Assembly (NCBI GenBank): GCA_038087875.1 | Contig: CM075988.1 | Span: forward strand, 16,804,001-16,868,000 | DNA length: 64,000 bases | From: Malacoraja senta | Lineage: Eukaryota | Direction of reading: 5' to 3' | Part shown: positions 27,037-40,262 of the stretch, one piece after another | How positions within the stretch are numbered: the first letter of the stretch is position 1 | Layout of the letters: each line of letters opens with the position of its first letter | Translations under genes and position numbers: made by a program | The notes under the pieces: generated by a model | Database searches by the model: none | The model's input: the letters and a program-made list of their open reading frames with translations, nothing else | What the model was told of the DNA's origin: nothing

Positions 27037-28712
27037 AGCACTTAGTTTTATTTGGGACTGATCCAGATGGTTACTGGTGTGAATCAACACAGTGCAATCT
27101 TCAAAGACTGGATAGATCCCACCACGAAGCCCAATGTGTTTGCAGGTTTGGAATTCCTGAGAGGTGGGAATTAAACTTTCAACAGAGAAGTCTGCTTGAT
27201 CCAGATGCCACGTGATAGCTCGCATGAAAGGACAGTCTGCTTCAAACAGGTGGATTGCTCAAACTGTTGTCTCAACGAGCTGAGGAACTATGGACAGGAG
27301 ATATTTGCAGTAATGTGATTCCTCCTAGAGCTGCAGATAAACATGGCTCACAAAGAGTCAGAATATCACAACGTACAGGAAACCATTTGGTTTATCATGC
27401 CTCTGTTGGCCCTTCCACTTGCTGCCTCTCCTCTGTTCTTTCTCCACTACAGTGTTACAGATCCAATTGCCTCCTGAAGCTGACTCTAAGATATGATAGG
27501 TTTTAGAGGCTTTGGGATAGGTACATGGATGTGCAGGGAATAGAGGGATATGGATCAAGACGGCTGTCATTGGGTATTTTTAAGGTGGAGATTGATGAAT
27601 TCTTGATTAGTAAGGGTGTCAAATATTATGGGGAGAAGGCAGGAGATTGTGGATGTAAGGGAAAGATAAATCAACCATGATTGAATGGTGGAGTAGACTC
27701 GATGGGCTGAATGACCTAATTCTATCGTATGACTTAAGAACTTATGAACTGATGAGATGTGCTTAGTTTAGCTTGGCATCATGTTTGACAGTCATTGGCG
27801 GCCAAAGGGCCTGTCTATGTTGTAATGTTCTATGTTTTTTTCAGTGTGTGTATTCCAGGTCATAATATGCCAATCCTGATATTGAGCCGTTACACAGAGC
27901 CCGACACAATGTTCACACTGGGTAACGAAGAATTACTTCAGCATCAGGCCCACTATTAAGGACACAAGCATAAATTGGTTTTGACAGCTCTTAAATCTAG
28001 ACCATCACCTTGGGTTAAATTTCTACACAGGTGTTTTTTGGCAGACGAAATCCTGCTAATAACCAGTTTATGTTGGGTTTTACAGGTGACTATGACATTT
28101 AAGAGAAAGCAAGACAGAAGGACCTGCATTGAACAGGGTGTCATGGGTTACGGGGCAAAGGCAGCAGAATGGGGTTGAGATGAAAAGATAGATCAACCAT
28201 GATTGAATGGCAGAGTAGTCCATATGGGCTTTATAGCCTAATTCTGCTCCTAGGGCTCATGAACTTACAAAATGGCTGACCCAAATGGCTGCACAACCAA
28301 TGGAGTGGACTGAAGATGAGACTACCATTTTGACACACCAAAATGCTACAAATATCAGCTTGTTGTGCTTATGATTCTGGGCTGATAATCTATAATACAA
28401 GAACAATTTTCCAGGTATGCAAGTTCAAACCCCAGCAAGGCAGCCAGGAAATTTATTTACTGTAAATTAAATACATTTTGAATGTAAATCAATGAATACC
28501 ATAAAACTACCATGACTTTTTTTATATGACAATCTAATTTATTCATGTCGTTTTCAGAAGAAATCTGCTGCCCTTGCCAAAGAGGCCCTAGTTAATCCAA
28601 TACCACATAAAACCACATAAAACCAATTGCATCTTAACAGTCCTCAACATTGGCATTTGGGGATGAACAATAAATACTTGCCCTGCCAGTAATGGGCACA
28701 TCATAAAAGAAT

Positions 28713-28806
28713 ACAAAATGCTGGAGTAACTCAGCAGGACAGGCAGCATCTCATTCCTGCTCTCCAGAGATGCTGCCTGTCCTGCTGAGTTGCTCCAGCA
28801 TTTTGT
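28713..28806. repeat. Fold-back pair of Penelope 3'-end fragments
   Basis: 40-bp arms at 28713-28752 and 28767-28806 with one mismatch and a 14-nt loop. Confidence 0.9.
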
Positions 28807-29223
28807 GTCCATCTTGAGTGTAAACCAGCAGTTGCATACATCATAAATGGTTATCTTTATCCAGGGGCTGTGTGTATCCCTGACATGGCTAGTATTTATT
28901 GCCCATTCCTAATTGCCCAGTTTTAAGTGGAACTGACTAACTTGCTGGGCCATTTCAGCAGACAGTTAGATATCAATCTTGTAGGCGATGCACACAGGCC
29001 TGTCATGTTAAGGAAGCAAATATCCTTTCCTAAAGGACATCGGTGAACCAAATGGATTTGTCCAACAATTGGCTCATTGCATGGTTTCTTTACTGAGTAG
29101 ACATTTTGTTTAGTTTAATTTTAACTCAGTTACGTGAATTTAAATTTCCCAGCTGCCTTGTGGATTCGAAGTCACGTCTCCAGCTCAATAGTCTAGACCA
29201 GCGAATAGTACAGCAACTCAACC

Positions 29224-29530
29224 CGGTGGTGCAGCGGTAGGGTTGCAGCCTGACAGCACCTGAGACCTGGTTCAATCCTGACTACGGGTGCTGTCTGTAC
29301 GGAGTTTGTACGTTCTCCCTGTGACCGCGTGGGTTTTCTCTGGGATCTCCGGTTTCCTCTCACACTCCGAAGATGTGCAGGTTTGCAGGTTAATTGGCTT
29401 GGTATTATTGTAAATTGTCCCTGGTGTGTATGGGATAGTGTTAGTGTGCGGGGATCGCTGATCGCAGTAGACTCAGTGGGCCGTAGGGCCAGTTTCCGTG
29501 CTGTATCTATAAACTAAACCAAACTAAACT
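29224..29530 (+). mobile_element. HE1-like SINE
   Basis: Near full-length copy colinear with 15795-16095. Confidence 0.88.
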
Positions 29531-29562
29531 AGGCTAGACTAAACTCAACCAAACCAAACCAC

Positions 29563-29870
29563 CATGCTGGAAGGATAAGTGAACCAATGTCAACATCCTC
29601 TCCCAGGCCAATATCCCTAGCGCTGCAATCCTAGTAATTCAGCTGGCACCCAATGCCAGGCAACACCATTCACACACCCCACGCTGGGCTCCCCAAACTC
29701 ACGCTTCATTCTGGGTCCCATCTTGGGCGGGATAGCTGGGAGGACAGAGGAAAAGATTGAAGCCTGCGCTGAAAGCCTCCTGAGAGAAGTACAACATCCA
29801 CACTGGCCCCTAAGAATCCCTGGACAAAGACCATTCAAAGTGGGCGAAGACCATTTGGAATGAAGTTGAG
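29563..29870 (+). mobile_element. Degenerate RTE-clade LINE fragment
   Basis: Frameshifted TNVNILSQANIPS...LPK...GGQRKRLKPALKAS...DKDHSKWAKTI resembles the RTE ORF C-terminus. Confidence 0.7.
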
Positions 29871-31546
29871 AAGATCTAGTCACCCCATTACAGGAAGGAT
29901 GTGGAGTATCTGGGGAAGATGGACAAGAGGTTTGCCAGGATGCTGCCTGGATTCGAGGGTATTAGCTGCGAGGAGAGGTTGGACAGACTTGGATTATTTT
30001 CTCCAGAGCACCGAAAGTTGAGTGAAGACCAGACAGGAGTTATATAAAATGATCAGGGCCACAAATAGGGTAGATAGTCCAAACTATTTCCTCAGGGTGC
30101 AAATGTCAAACACTAGAAAGCACAACTTTAAGATAAGAGGAGTAATGTTTAATGGAGATGTATGGGGCAAGTTTTTTTTACACAGAGGATGGTCGGTGTC
30201 GAGAACACACGCTGTGCTGGAGACAGATAAGATCATGTCGTTCAAGAGGCTTTTAAATGGGCATGGATATGCAGAGAATGGAGGGATGTGGATAAGGTGC
30301 AGGCAGATGAGATTAGTTTATCTTGGTATCATGCCTGGCACAGACATTATGGGCTGAAGGGACCATTCCTGTTGTGTAGTGTTCTATGTTCTGAGTTGGA
30401 TGAGAAGCTAGAGCGCAGGTCACAGGATCCCTGCATCAACATCAGAAGGAGCACACCATGGCCCAACGGTAGAGTTGCTGCCTTACTGCGCCAGAGACCC
30501 GGGTTCGTTTCTGACGATGGATGCTGTCTGTACAGAGTTTGTAAGTTCTGCCTGTGACTGCGTGGGTTTGCTCCAGGTGCTCTGGTATCCTCCCACACTC
30601 CAAAGAAGTACAGGCTTGTAAGTTAATTGGTTGTGTTTCATGTGTAGGATAATCAATGTTAGCGTCTGGGATGATTGCTGGTCGGCGCGGACACATTGGC
30701 CGAAGGGCTTGTTTCCGTGCTGTATCTCTAAAGACCATGCCACACACCTCATCCAAACTCTCCATCCAGATCAAACTGCATCACGCAAGGGCACTGCAGT
30801 GTGGTACTCCCTCAGAACATTACTGCGGTGTCTGTGTAGCAGATGAGGTTGAATCATTGCACAAACACACCGCATTTTGATTCAATTCTGAGCGAAACTC
30901 AAATTAGCGCAAGGTCAGCAGAAACGAAAGCAGCTCCTGGGATAACGATATTACTGTAAGTATCAAATGACAAGGACCATCCTACACACTGCCTTCAAAG
31001 GATGAACACATCCGTCTCACACGAACCTTATCTCTGCTACAAAGGCCCACATAATGTGGCAAACGTTCACACAGGCATTCAGTCATTAATCCCCTTCTCC
31101 ACACTGATGCAAGCGTTGCGGTGCAAGCATCACCAGGCAGTTTAGAGTGGATTATGCAGACTCAATCCCTTCAGCCTTTGAGGGAGGAAAATGGTTCTTC
31201 AAATCTCATTTTCTGCCACGAGCATTTAGCAAATAATCACAGCACAAATCCCTCTCCTTAAGCTCAAGACAAGAAAAGACAACAAGCCAAAAAAAAGTGG
31301 TTCGATTGGAGGTGTTAAAAGAATTAAGCAGAACAGATAGCTGTGCACTGATCCCGAAACATCACAGGCAATCAACAAGGCAGCCTAAGAGGCCACGTCA
31401 CCATCTCGGAAGATGCGACAAACTTGTGGGACGCAGGATATTTGTTCACAAATCTTTTGTACAATCTGGGATGGGGGTTGTTTTCCATCGGCATTGTTTT
31501 TTTGGATACCATAAGTAGAATAGCATAGTACCAAATACCATATGTG

Positions 31547-31848
31547 GGCAGCATGATGGCGCAGCATGTAGAGTGGCTGTCCTACAACATCAGAGACCCA
31601 GGTTGGAACCTGACTACGGGTGCTGTCTGTACGGAGTTTGTACGTTCCCCCTGACCTGTGTGGGTTTTCTCCAGGAGCTGTGTTTCCTCCCACACACCAA
31701 AGACGTACAGGTTTGTAGGTTAATTGGTTTGGTAAAATTGTAAATCGTTCCTAGTGTGTGTCGGATAGTGTTAGTGCACGGGGATCGCTGGTCGGCGCGG
31801 ACTCGGTGGGCCAAAGGGCCCGTTTCCGCGCTGTATCTCCAAACCAAA
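31547..31848 (+). mobile_element. HE1-like SINE (other plus-strand copies at about 30450-30730, 32085-32400, 39005-39190, 51245-51480, 57485-57965, 62598-62900)
   Basis: Same head, body and tail. Confidence 0.88.
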
Positions 31849-34800
31849 GTGCCAAACTTCTCTGTCTATGCTGCTACAGATTATTCTTCAATCATATCTC
31901 TTTGCCCTAGCATTACTACAACACGGGGAATCATGACACAAGCCTCCTCGTGGCGATCCCGGAAACGACAACACGATGCACTTTGTGACGCTTGGGGCGA
32001 CCAATTCTGCCAACATGGTGGACGACGACGGAAGCCAACAGCGAGCTATGCGTCGTCTGACACACGAGCGAACGAACTACAACTCGGGCTTGAGTCAATC
32101 CTGACCTCGTCTGCTGTGTGCATGGAGTTGGCACATTCTCTTTGTGACTCCATGGGTTTACTCTGGGTCAACGTTTTCCACCCACACCCCAACAACCTGT
32201 GGGTTGGTGGGTTAATTGGCCACTCCAAAGTGTCCTAGTATAGGTGAGTGGTAACTTCAGCAGTGGGCAAAGTTGATGGAAACGTGAGGAGAATAAAATG
32301 GTGTTAGAGTAGGATTATTAAAAATGAGTGCTTGGTGGTCAGCATGGACTCGATAGGCTGAATGGCCTGTGTGCATCCTGTACCTCTTGATGACTCAATG
32401 AGCTGCAGGGTGGAAAGAACATTGCAGGCAATGTTATCAACTTCCACTTGCTGGTGATGATCTGATCTGATCAGTCAGCCTCAGCAGTGTCTGACATTTT
32501 CATCCTGATTGTTATCATATTGAATGATTTGATCTTTGCAAACCTCGGGGGCCTGTGGGTAAATCACAACAATCTGTTGTGGGGTTAATTAAAACAGATT
32601 GGATGAGCCACTTTCTCCAAAGCTGTGCAGGCAGCTCCTTTACACATCAGATCCCAATCGCACGGAAGGTAAACTTATAAATGTGAACCTTGATCTAGGA
32701 ATCTCATTCTTGTCGGGATGGCAACTGTATAGCTGCTCCTGGTGATACAGGATGCTACTGGCTACAGCCAATAAATTAAACCTGGATTCCTGAGATGGAG
32801 CTCCCATCAGTTGACAACATCTTTGGTCTTACTGCTCCCTATCATTCAAAGTGTTTGGAATGAAAACCAAAGGTGTTTGAACATTCAACAAGGCATCAGA
32901 AAACTTTACGATTTATTTCCCCCCTAACTACCATGCCAATGAGAATCTCAACGGTGTAGGCCACCTGTTGTTGTCATTCAGTGGAGACTGATGGAGGTGA
33001 AATCTTATTCATTTTTTCCATTCTTTATCTAATGAAGCTGAGGGGAGACTATGTAAAACTATGAGAAGCACAGATGGGGTAAACAGTCAGAACCTTTCTT
33101 CCAAATGTCAAAGACCAGAGGGCATAGCTTTAAGATAAGAGGAGGAAAGGAGATGCAAGGGCCGGTATTTTATACAGAGAGTGGTGGGTGCTGGGGGTGG
33201 TGTAGAGGCAGGAACGAGAGGGGCATTTAAGGGGCTTGTAGATAGGCACATGGATACCTTCTGAACCTTCTGAATTTTGTAGTCGGCAGGGCAGTACTCT
33301 GCATATCACCAACTTGGACAATTTTACATTTTTATCAAGCCAATTAAACAAACCAATTAACCTACAAACCTGTACGTCTTTGGAGTGTGGGAGGAAACCG
33401 AAGCTCTCGGAGAAAACCACCGCAGGTCACGGGGAGAACGTACAAACTCCATACAGACAGCACCTGTAGTCGGGATCGAACCCAGGTCTCTGGCGCTGCA
33501 TTTTGTTGTAAGGCAGCAACTCTACCGCTGTGCCACCGTGACTGCAGGGAATGCAGGGAATGGAGAGCTATGGATCACATGCAGGCAGAGGAAATTAGTT
33601 TAACTTGGCATCATGTTCGGAATGAACATTATGGGTCAAAGGGTTCGTTCCTGAGCTGTAATGCTCCTGACCTGTAAGGGTTCGTTCCTGAGCTGTTCTA
33701 TACAATGATCCAATAATTTGGATTCAAATTAGTTTATTGCCATGTACACCAGGATGCAATGAAACTCGGTGTTTGCATGAAGCTGATAGATGCAACAATA
33801 AAGTCAATGACAGATGCAAAGCAGCAGAACCGTGCAGGGTTGCGGTGCAATCTGAGGCAGTGCTGAAGTGCAATAATGGAACAAGCAAATGGGTAGAGTG
33901 ATGTGAGTAAGAGGAGGTGGCAGCACCCCAGCAAAGGAGGTGGGAAAGAAGTGAGCGGCTCAGGGGTCTGACAGCAGTGGGGGAGAAGGTGTTCTTAAGT
34001 CTGGGTCTTAAGTTCTCAAGGCTTTCAAGCTCCTGGATCTTCTCCCAAACAATAGAAGAAGGAAAATGGGATGGGCAGGTGGCAGGGAGTCTTGCCGACA
34101 ACTCCAGCCTTCCTGATGCAACTGACCGTGAAGTTGGAGTGGATGGAAAGAAGTGACGAGCCTGTGATGGACTGGAACGTGCTCACCAATCGCTGCAGGT
34201 TCATGTGGTCAAGGCGTTTAGGTTAGTTTACTTTTGTCACATGATGGTCCAAGTTAGTTTACTATCCAGCCAGCAGAAAGACAACACATGATTACAATCG
34301 AGGTGATCAAAGCAGCTGCCATAGCAGATGCATCTCGTCAGAATACTTTCTATGGCGTATCTGTGGAAGCTCGAGAGAATCCTCGTGGATTAGCTAAATC
34401 CTCTCAGATACAGTACCTCAGAAAGTATATACACTGATGTGCTTTCTTGATCACTGCATCGGTGTGAAGAGACCAAGTTAGGTAGCTGCTGATAAGGTTA
34501 TCTAGTTTCTTGAAGCTGTTGACCATGTCTACAGCAGCTCCATTGATGAGGACAGGGTATCAGTCAGATTTTAAAGTATCAGTTTAATTTATTGTCATAT
34601 GTACTGAGGTACAGTGAAATGCTTTTGTTGCATGCTAACCAGTCAGTAGAAAGACAAATACATGATTACAATTGAGTCATTTACAGTGTATAGACATATG
34701 ATAAGAGAATATACCATAGTGCATGGTAAAGCCAATAAAGTTCGATCAAAGATAGTCCGAGGGTCACCAATGTGGTAGATAATAGTTCAGGACTGCTCTC

Positions 34801-35536
34801 TAGTTGTGGTAGGATGATTCAGTTGCCTGATAACAGCTGGGAAGAAACTGGCTCTGAATCTGCAGCTGTGCGTTTTCACAATTTTGCCCGATGAGAGAGG
34901 GGAGAAGAGGGAGTGGCCAGGTGCGACTTGTCCTTGATTATGCTGCAGGCCTTGCCGAGGCAGCATGAGGTATAAATGGAGTCAATGGGAGGGAGGTTGG
35001 TTTGTGTGATGGTCTGGGATGCATTCACCAACCCCACACTCCCACTCCCTCAGTCAACAGGCAAACAGATGAATGCAGGATAATTCAATGCAGGACTTGG
35101 GGGAGTTCTGCAATTCCAAGCCATTACACAGATCTTACAGCTCATAAGCAAACCAGCAGATCCATATGCAGTTCCGTTCCACGTGAAATTCCTCGTTAAT
35201 TCATCGAGCTCTAACAAATTATCTTGCAATTCCCTTTGCCTTCTTGGAAAAGGTTAACTTCTACTTAACCTTAATTTGCCTTGGAAATTGGCTCAGTCGT
35301 AAAAGTTCCAATTTGACCGGGTCTAATCTAAACTTGGTTTATGCCTGAGCAATTAGAGAGAGATTCAGCACTGAATCCATGCCGACAATCAATCATCTAG
35401 CTTTTAGATATTTTAGAGATACAGCGTGGCAAGAGGCCCTTTGGCTCACCGACCAGCGATCCCCGCACATTAACACTATCCTACACACACTAGGGACAAT
35501 TTACATTTATACCAAGCCAACTAACCTACAAACCTG

Positions 35537-36811
35537 AGGTTACTCCACAAAATGCTGGAGTAACTCAGCGGGACAGGCAGCATCTCTGGGGAGAAGGAAT
35601 GGGTGACGTTTCAGGTCGAGACCGTTCTTCATACTGATGCCAGGGGAGGGGGCGGGACAGAGATAAAATGTAGTTGGAGACTGCAACACTGGTGGGAAAA
35701 CTGGGAAGGGGGAGGGGATGGAGAGAGAGGGAAAGCAATAGCTACTTGAAGTTAGAGAAGCCAATGTTCATACTGCTGGGATGTAAGTTACCCACGCAAA
35801 ATATGAGGTTCTGTTCCTCCAATTTGCACTGGGCCTCATTCTGATAGTGGAGGAGGCCCAGGGCAGAAAGGTCAGATCGGGAATGGGAGGGGGGAGTTAA
35901 AGTGCTGAGCAACGGGGAGATCAGATAGGTTTAGGCGGACTGAACGGAGGTGTTCAGCGAAACGCTATCCGGGCCTGCGCTTGGTCTCGCCGATATACAG
36001 GAGTCGACACCTGGAACAGCGGATACAGGAGATGAGATTGGAGGAGGTAAAAGTGAACCTCTGCCTCACCTGACAAGACTGTCAGCGTCCTTGGACGGAG
36101 TCAAGGGGGGAGGTAAAGGGACAGGTGTTGCATCTCCTGCGGTTGCAGGGAAAAGTACCTGGGGAGGGGATGGTTTGGGTGGGAAGGGACGAGTTGACCA
36201 GGGAGTTGAGGAGGGAACGGTCTCTGCAGAAAGCAGAAAGAGGTGGAGATGGGAAGATGTGGCCAGAAATAGGATCCCGTTGGAGGTGGCGAAAATGTCG
36301 GAGGATTATGTGCTGTATGCGACGGCTGATGGAGTGGAAGGTGAGGACATGGGGGACTCTTTCCTTGTTATGAATGGGGGGAGGGGGAGCAAGAGCGGAG
36401 CGGTATATCGAGCAGACTCTAGTGAGATCCTAATTTACAATGGAAGAGGGGAACCCCTGTTTCCTAAAGAATGAGGACATCTCCGATGACATGGTAGGGA
36501 AAACCTCATCCTGGGCGCAGATGTGGCTTAGACGGAAGAATTGGGAGTAGGGGATAAAGTCTTTACAGGAAGCAGGGTGGGAAGAAGTGTAGTCTAGTTA
36601 GCTATGGGAGTCAGTGGGTTTGTAATAGATGTCAGTCGATAGTCTGTCTCCTGTGATGGAGACGGTGAGATCTTGAAATGGTAGGAAGATGTCGGAGATG
36701 GTCCAAGTGAATTTGAGTGCAGGATGGAAATTAGTCGTGAAGATGAAGTCAGTGGAGTCTACTTTGAAGAAGTTCTCCTCCTCTTTCCGACGAGAGTTCA
36801 CATTCCGACAC
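35537..36811 (-). mobile_element. 5'-truncated Penelope-like element (RT C-terminus, GIY-YIG endonuclease, 3' end), degenerate
   Basis: NFHPALKFTWTIS...TDIYYKPTDSH (RT end); CIRCSRCRLLYIGETKR (GIY-YIG); 14-bp direct repeat AACCTACAAACCTG at 35523-35536 and 36812-36825. Confidence 0.9.
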
Positions 36812-37043
36812 AACCTACAAACCTGTACGGCTTTCTATAAGCCTTTTTTATAAACCTGCCCCAAAGGCATTTGCAGAAAACCAGAGAATGTCTTCCTGTC
36901 CTGATCAAGAACAGCGAACATATGTCAATGTGGCCTAGATAGAGTGCTGAGACAGCCATGTAGATGGGCCCTGCTGGAGGACAACTCCCACTCCTAACTC
37001 CTATGTTCGTATGCACCCAATGCCTTCAAAAAAAGAATTCAGG

Positions 37044-37371
37044 TTTTAGGTCCTGGCGAGGGGTGAGTAAAGATATGAAGTAGGTGCATCTATTTCATAC
37101 GGTCCTATCTTATTTTCTTTTTTCTCTTTTTTTTTCTTTTCTTCTTTAACTACTTCATGTGGTTTAGGTTCACATGTGTGTTCCTGGACCACTTTTTCAT
37201 TCACTCACTGACTGTCTTTGCTAGCTCTTTCTATCTTTTTTTTCTATTAAAGTTGAAAAACAGAAATGGTACAAGAACTGTATAAATTTACGTTATTGCA
37301 GATTACTATAATGTAAAATACTTCTAATAAATACATTTTAAAAATAATTAAAAAAATTTTTTTTTTAATTT
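37044..37371 (+). mobile_element. Short poly-A retroposed insertion, probably an L1 3' UTR
   Basis: 15-bp TSD AAAAAAGAATTCAGG at 37029-37043 and 37372-37386; AATAAA at 37326 and A-rich tail; T-rich UTR organised like the 25058 element. Confidence 0.75.
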
Positions 37372-40191
37372 AAAAAAGAATTCAGGGAAGGATAATAAAT
37401 ACTAACCCTCATTTGGCATAATAATATAAAGAAAACGATGCATTTAGTTTGTTTCCTCCTGTCCAGTGTCTATAGACATTACCCAGCCAAGAGCACTATA
37501 TAAATGCTAATTGTGCTTCATCAGTGTACTCTCTGCGATTGCCAAATTCAGTCAGGCCAGATCCAAAGCATCCATTTTTTTGCTTGATTGAAAGATACAG
37601 TGTGGAAACAGGCTCTTTGGCCCACTGAGTCCATACCGACCATGGATCACCTGTTCATACTAGTTCACTTGTTATCTCACTTTCACATCCACTTGCTACA
37701 CGCTAGGGGCAATTTGCAGAGGCCAATTAACCAACAAACCTGCACGTCTTTGGGATGTGGGAGGAAGCCAGAGCATGGGGGAGAACTTGCAACGTCCACA
37801 TAGACAGCACCCAAGGTCAGGATCGAACCCGGGGTCTCTGATGCTGTCAGGCAGCAAACGTGTCACTGTGCCACCTAGCTCATAGGTCATAGGTGATAGA
37901 GCAGAATTAAGCCATTCGACCAACATCCACTCCGCTGATCATGGTTGATCGATCTTTCCCTCCTAACCCCATTCTCCTGCCTTCTCCCCATAACCCCTGA
38001 CACCCATACTAATCAAGTATCTGGCTATCTCCACCTTAAAAATATCCATCGACTTGGCCTCCACAGCCTTCCACAGATTCCACAGATTCACCAGCCTCTG
38101 ACCAAAGAAATTCCTCCTCATCTCCTTCCTAAAGGAAGGGCCTTTAATTCTGTGGCTATGACCTCTAGTCCAAGACTCTCCCACTAGTGGAAACAATGGA
38201 GTGAATAGTTATGTGCCCTGAGTTCATTATAGATGTTTCACTCTATTTTTCCAAAATATATGATGACTTTCCGTGTGCTCTGCTAGCAGTGATATTGGGG
38301 TGAATCATTTCCAATGGTGTTTCAGAGGGCATCCAGTCTAAGCATCAATCATTCTTTACTCCAGTGTAATGTGATTCAAGACAGTGTAATGGTTTCTTTA
38401 TTATTGTCCCTTGGGATATGGCTAATTGTTCATCCTGCCGCCGCCACTGTGATATTGTCCTACAACTCGAACAGTCAGTGGATTTCAGGATTAAAGTTTA
38501 ACCAATGATGATAGCTCAGGGTGTACCGGGGGCCACCGAGAATGAAGGAGTGACCCGGCCGGTGGGCGCCTACAGCCACACGCAGCGGCAGGCCTGGATC
38601 ACGGTGTGAGCGGAAGATAAGACTGTTCGATTAACATTTTGTAACTTTATTGGTGCCAGAAACGTGGCGACTCTCGTCTCCTGCCTTGGGGAGGTCTGCT
38701 GTATGATTTTACCGGGTTCCATGCAAAACAAAGATTTTCACTGTACCTATAAGGTACATGTGACAATAAGGTATCATTGCATCATTGAATCACCCCATGG
38801 TGTGTGACATGGGATGTTTGCATGTGATAGCAGTGTTCTTAATGGTGGTTGAGACCACAGAATAGGAATGCCCTGACAAAATAACCTTATTGCGTCAGTG
38901 GTAGGCGATAACCCATGGGTAACCCAGCAGAGGCATCGTCAAGGAGGGAACCTTTCCATTCTACTTGTCCCTCAGTCCCAGCATCAACAGATTGCTCCCA
39001 ACCGCAGCAGCCACAGTGGCGCAGAGATAAGAGTTGCTGCCTTACAGCGCCAGAGACTCGGGTTCGATCCTGCTTGTCTGTATGGAGTTTGTGCCTTCTC
39101 CCCTAGACCTGCGTGTGTTTTCTCCGGGATCTCCAGTTTCCTCCCACACTCCGAAGACATACAGGTTGGTAGGTTAATTGGCTTGGTATAATTGCTAAGC
39201 CTAGCAATCTTCCCTCTTTCCACACTCTCTCCCTCTTCCCCCTTTCCTCTTCTCGCAATTGGAGCAGGGTTACCAATTGGCTGAATGTTTAAGTAGGGTT
39301 TGGTTCCATATGCTTCTGAGGATCTGTGTTGAGAACTCTGAAGGAATTGCAGATGCTGGTTTACGGAAGATAGACAATGAAATTGGATGGCGTCGAAGTA
39401 GAGATGGTCAAAAACTTTAAATTCCTAGGAGTCAATATCACCAACAAACTTCTCCTGGACCACCCATATTGAAGCAACGACCAAGAAGGCACACCAATGC
39501 CTCTATTTCCTTAGAAGTCTTACAATTCTCACAAACTTCTACAGATGCACCATAGAAAGCATTTTATCAGGATGCATTACAACTTGGTTTGGGAACAGCT
39601 CCATCCAGGACCGCAAGAAATTGGACCATTGCTGGCTCCACCTTTCCTTGCCCATCGATGCCGGCTCCCGATTTGTTCTTTACCTTTTCATGCCTCTAGT
39701 TTCCCTCTCTCCTGACTCCCAGTCTGAAGAAGGGTCTTTCCCCAAAACGTCACCTATTCCTTTTCTCCAGAGATGCTGCCTGACCCGCCGAGCTACTCCA
39801 GCATTTTGTGTCTATCTGGAGAACTCTCATGTCCGTTTCACATTGGAAACCGTACAGATTAGATTATCAGTCAGGATCCAAAGGATACAGCTGAATTTCC
39901 AAACGTAAAATATTTATTTTCTATAGTTATATAACTATGCTTTACCGCAACTGACTAAGTGCATTACAGCTGAACTGTGTAATCATAGTGTCAAGATCAT
40001 AAAATTATTTTAATACCATAATGTTTTACCCCAAACACTAAACAAACGCAAGTAGGGATGTTATAACAATAAAACAATGAGTCATTTATCTCAGTAGAGT
40101 TACAGCCAGGGCCAATATTTGATTATCTCTTCACATACAGTATCAGCTCAGAACAAACACCACTGTAGGTTCCTGTGGCGTATGTTTGATA

Positions 40192-40262
40192 GTTGCTAAG
40201 GAAAGTGTTACCTTAAGGATGGTGCATTGTTCCTAACTAAAGTGATCACGTTGCATAGTAAC
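40192..40262. promoter_or_regulatory. RFX X-box-like cluster
   Basis: GTTGCTAAGGAAAG at 40192, GTTACC half-site at 40207, GTTGCATAGTAAC at 40250. Confidence 0.42.

Noticed and set aside
35950..36474. 174-aa plus-strand ORF
   Set aside because: Antisense shadow of the Penelope coding region.
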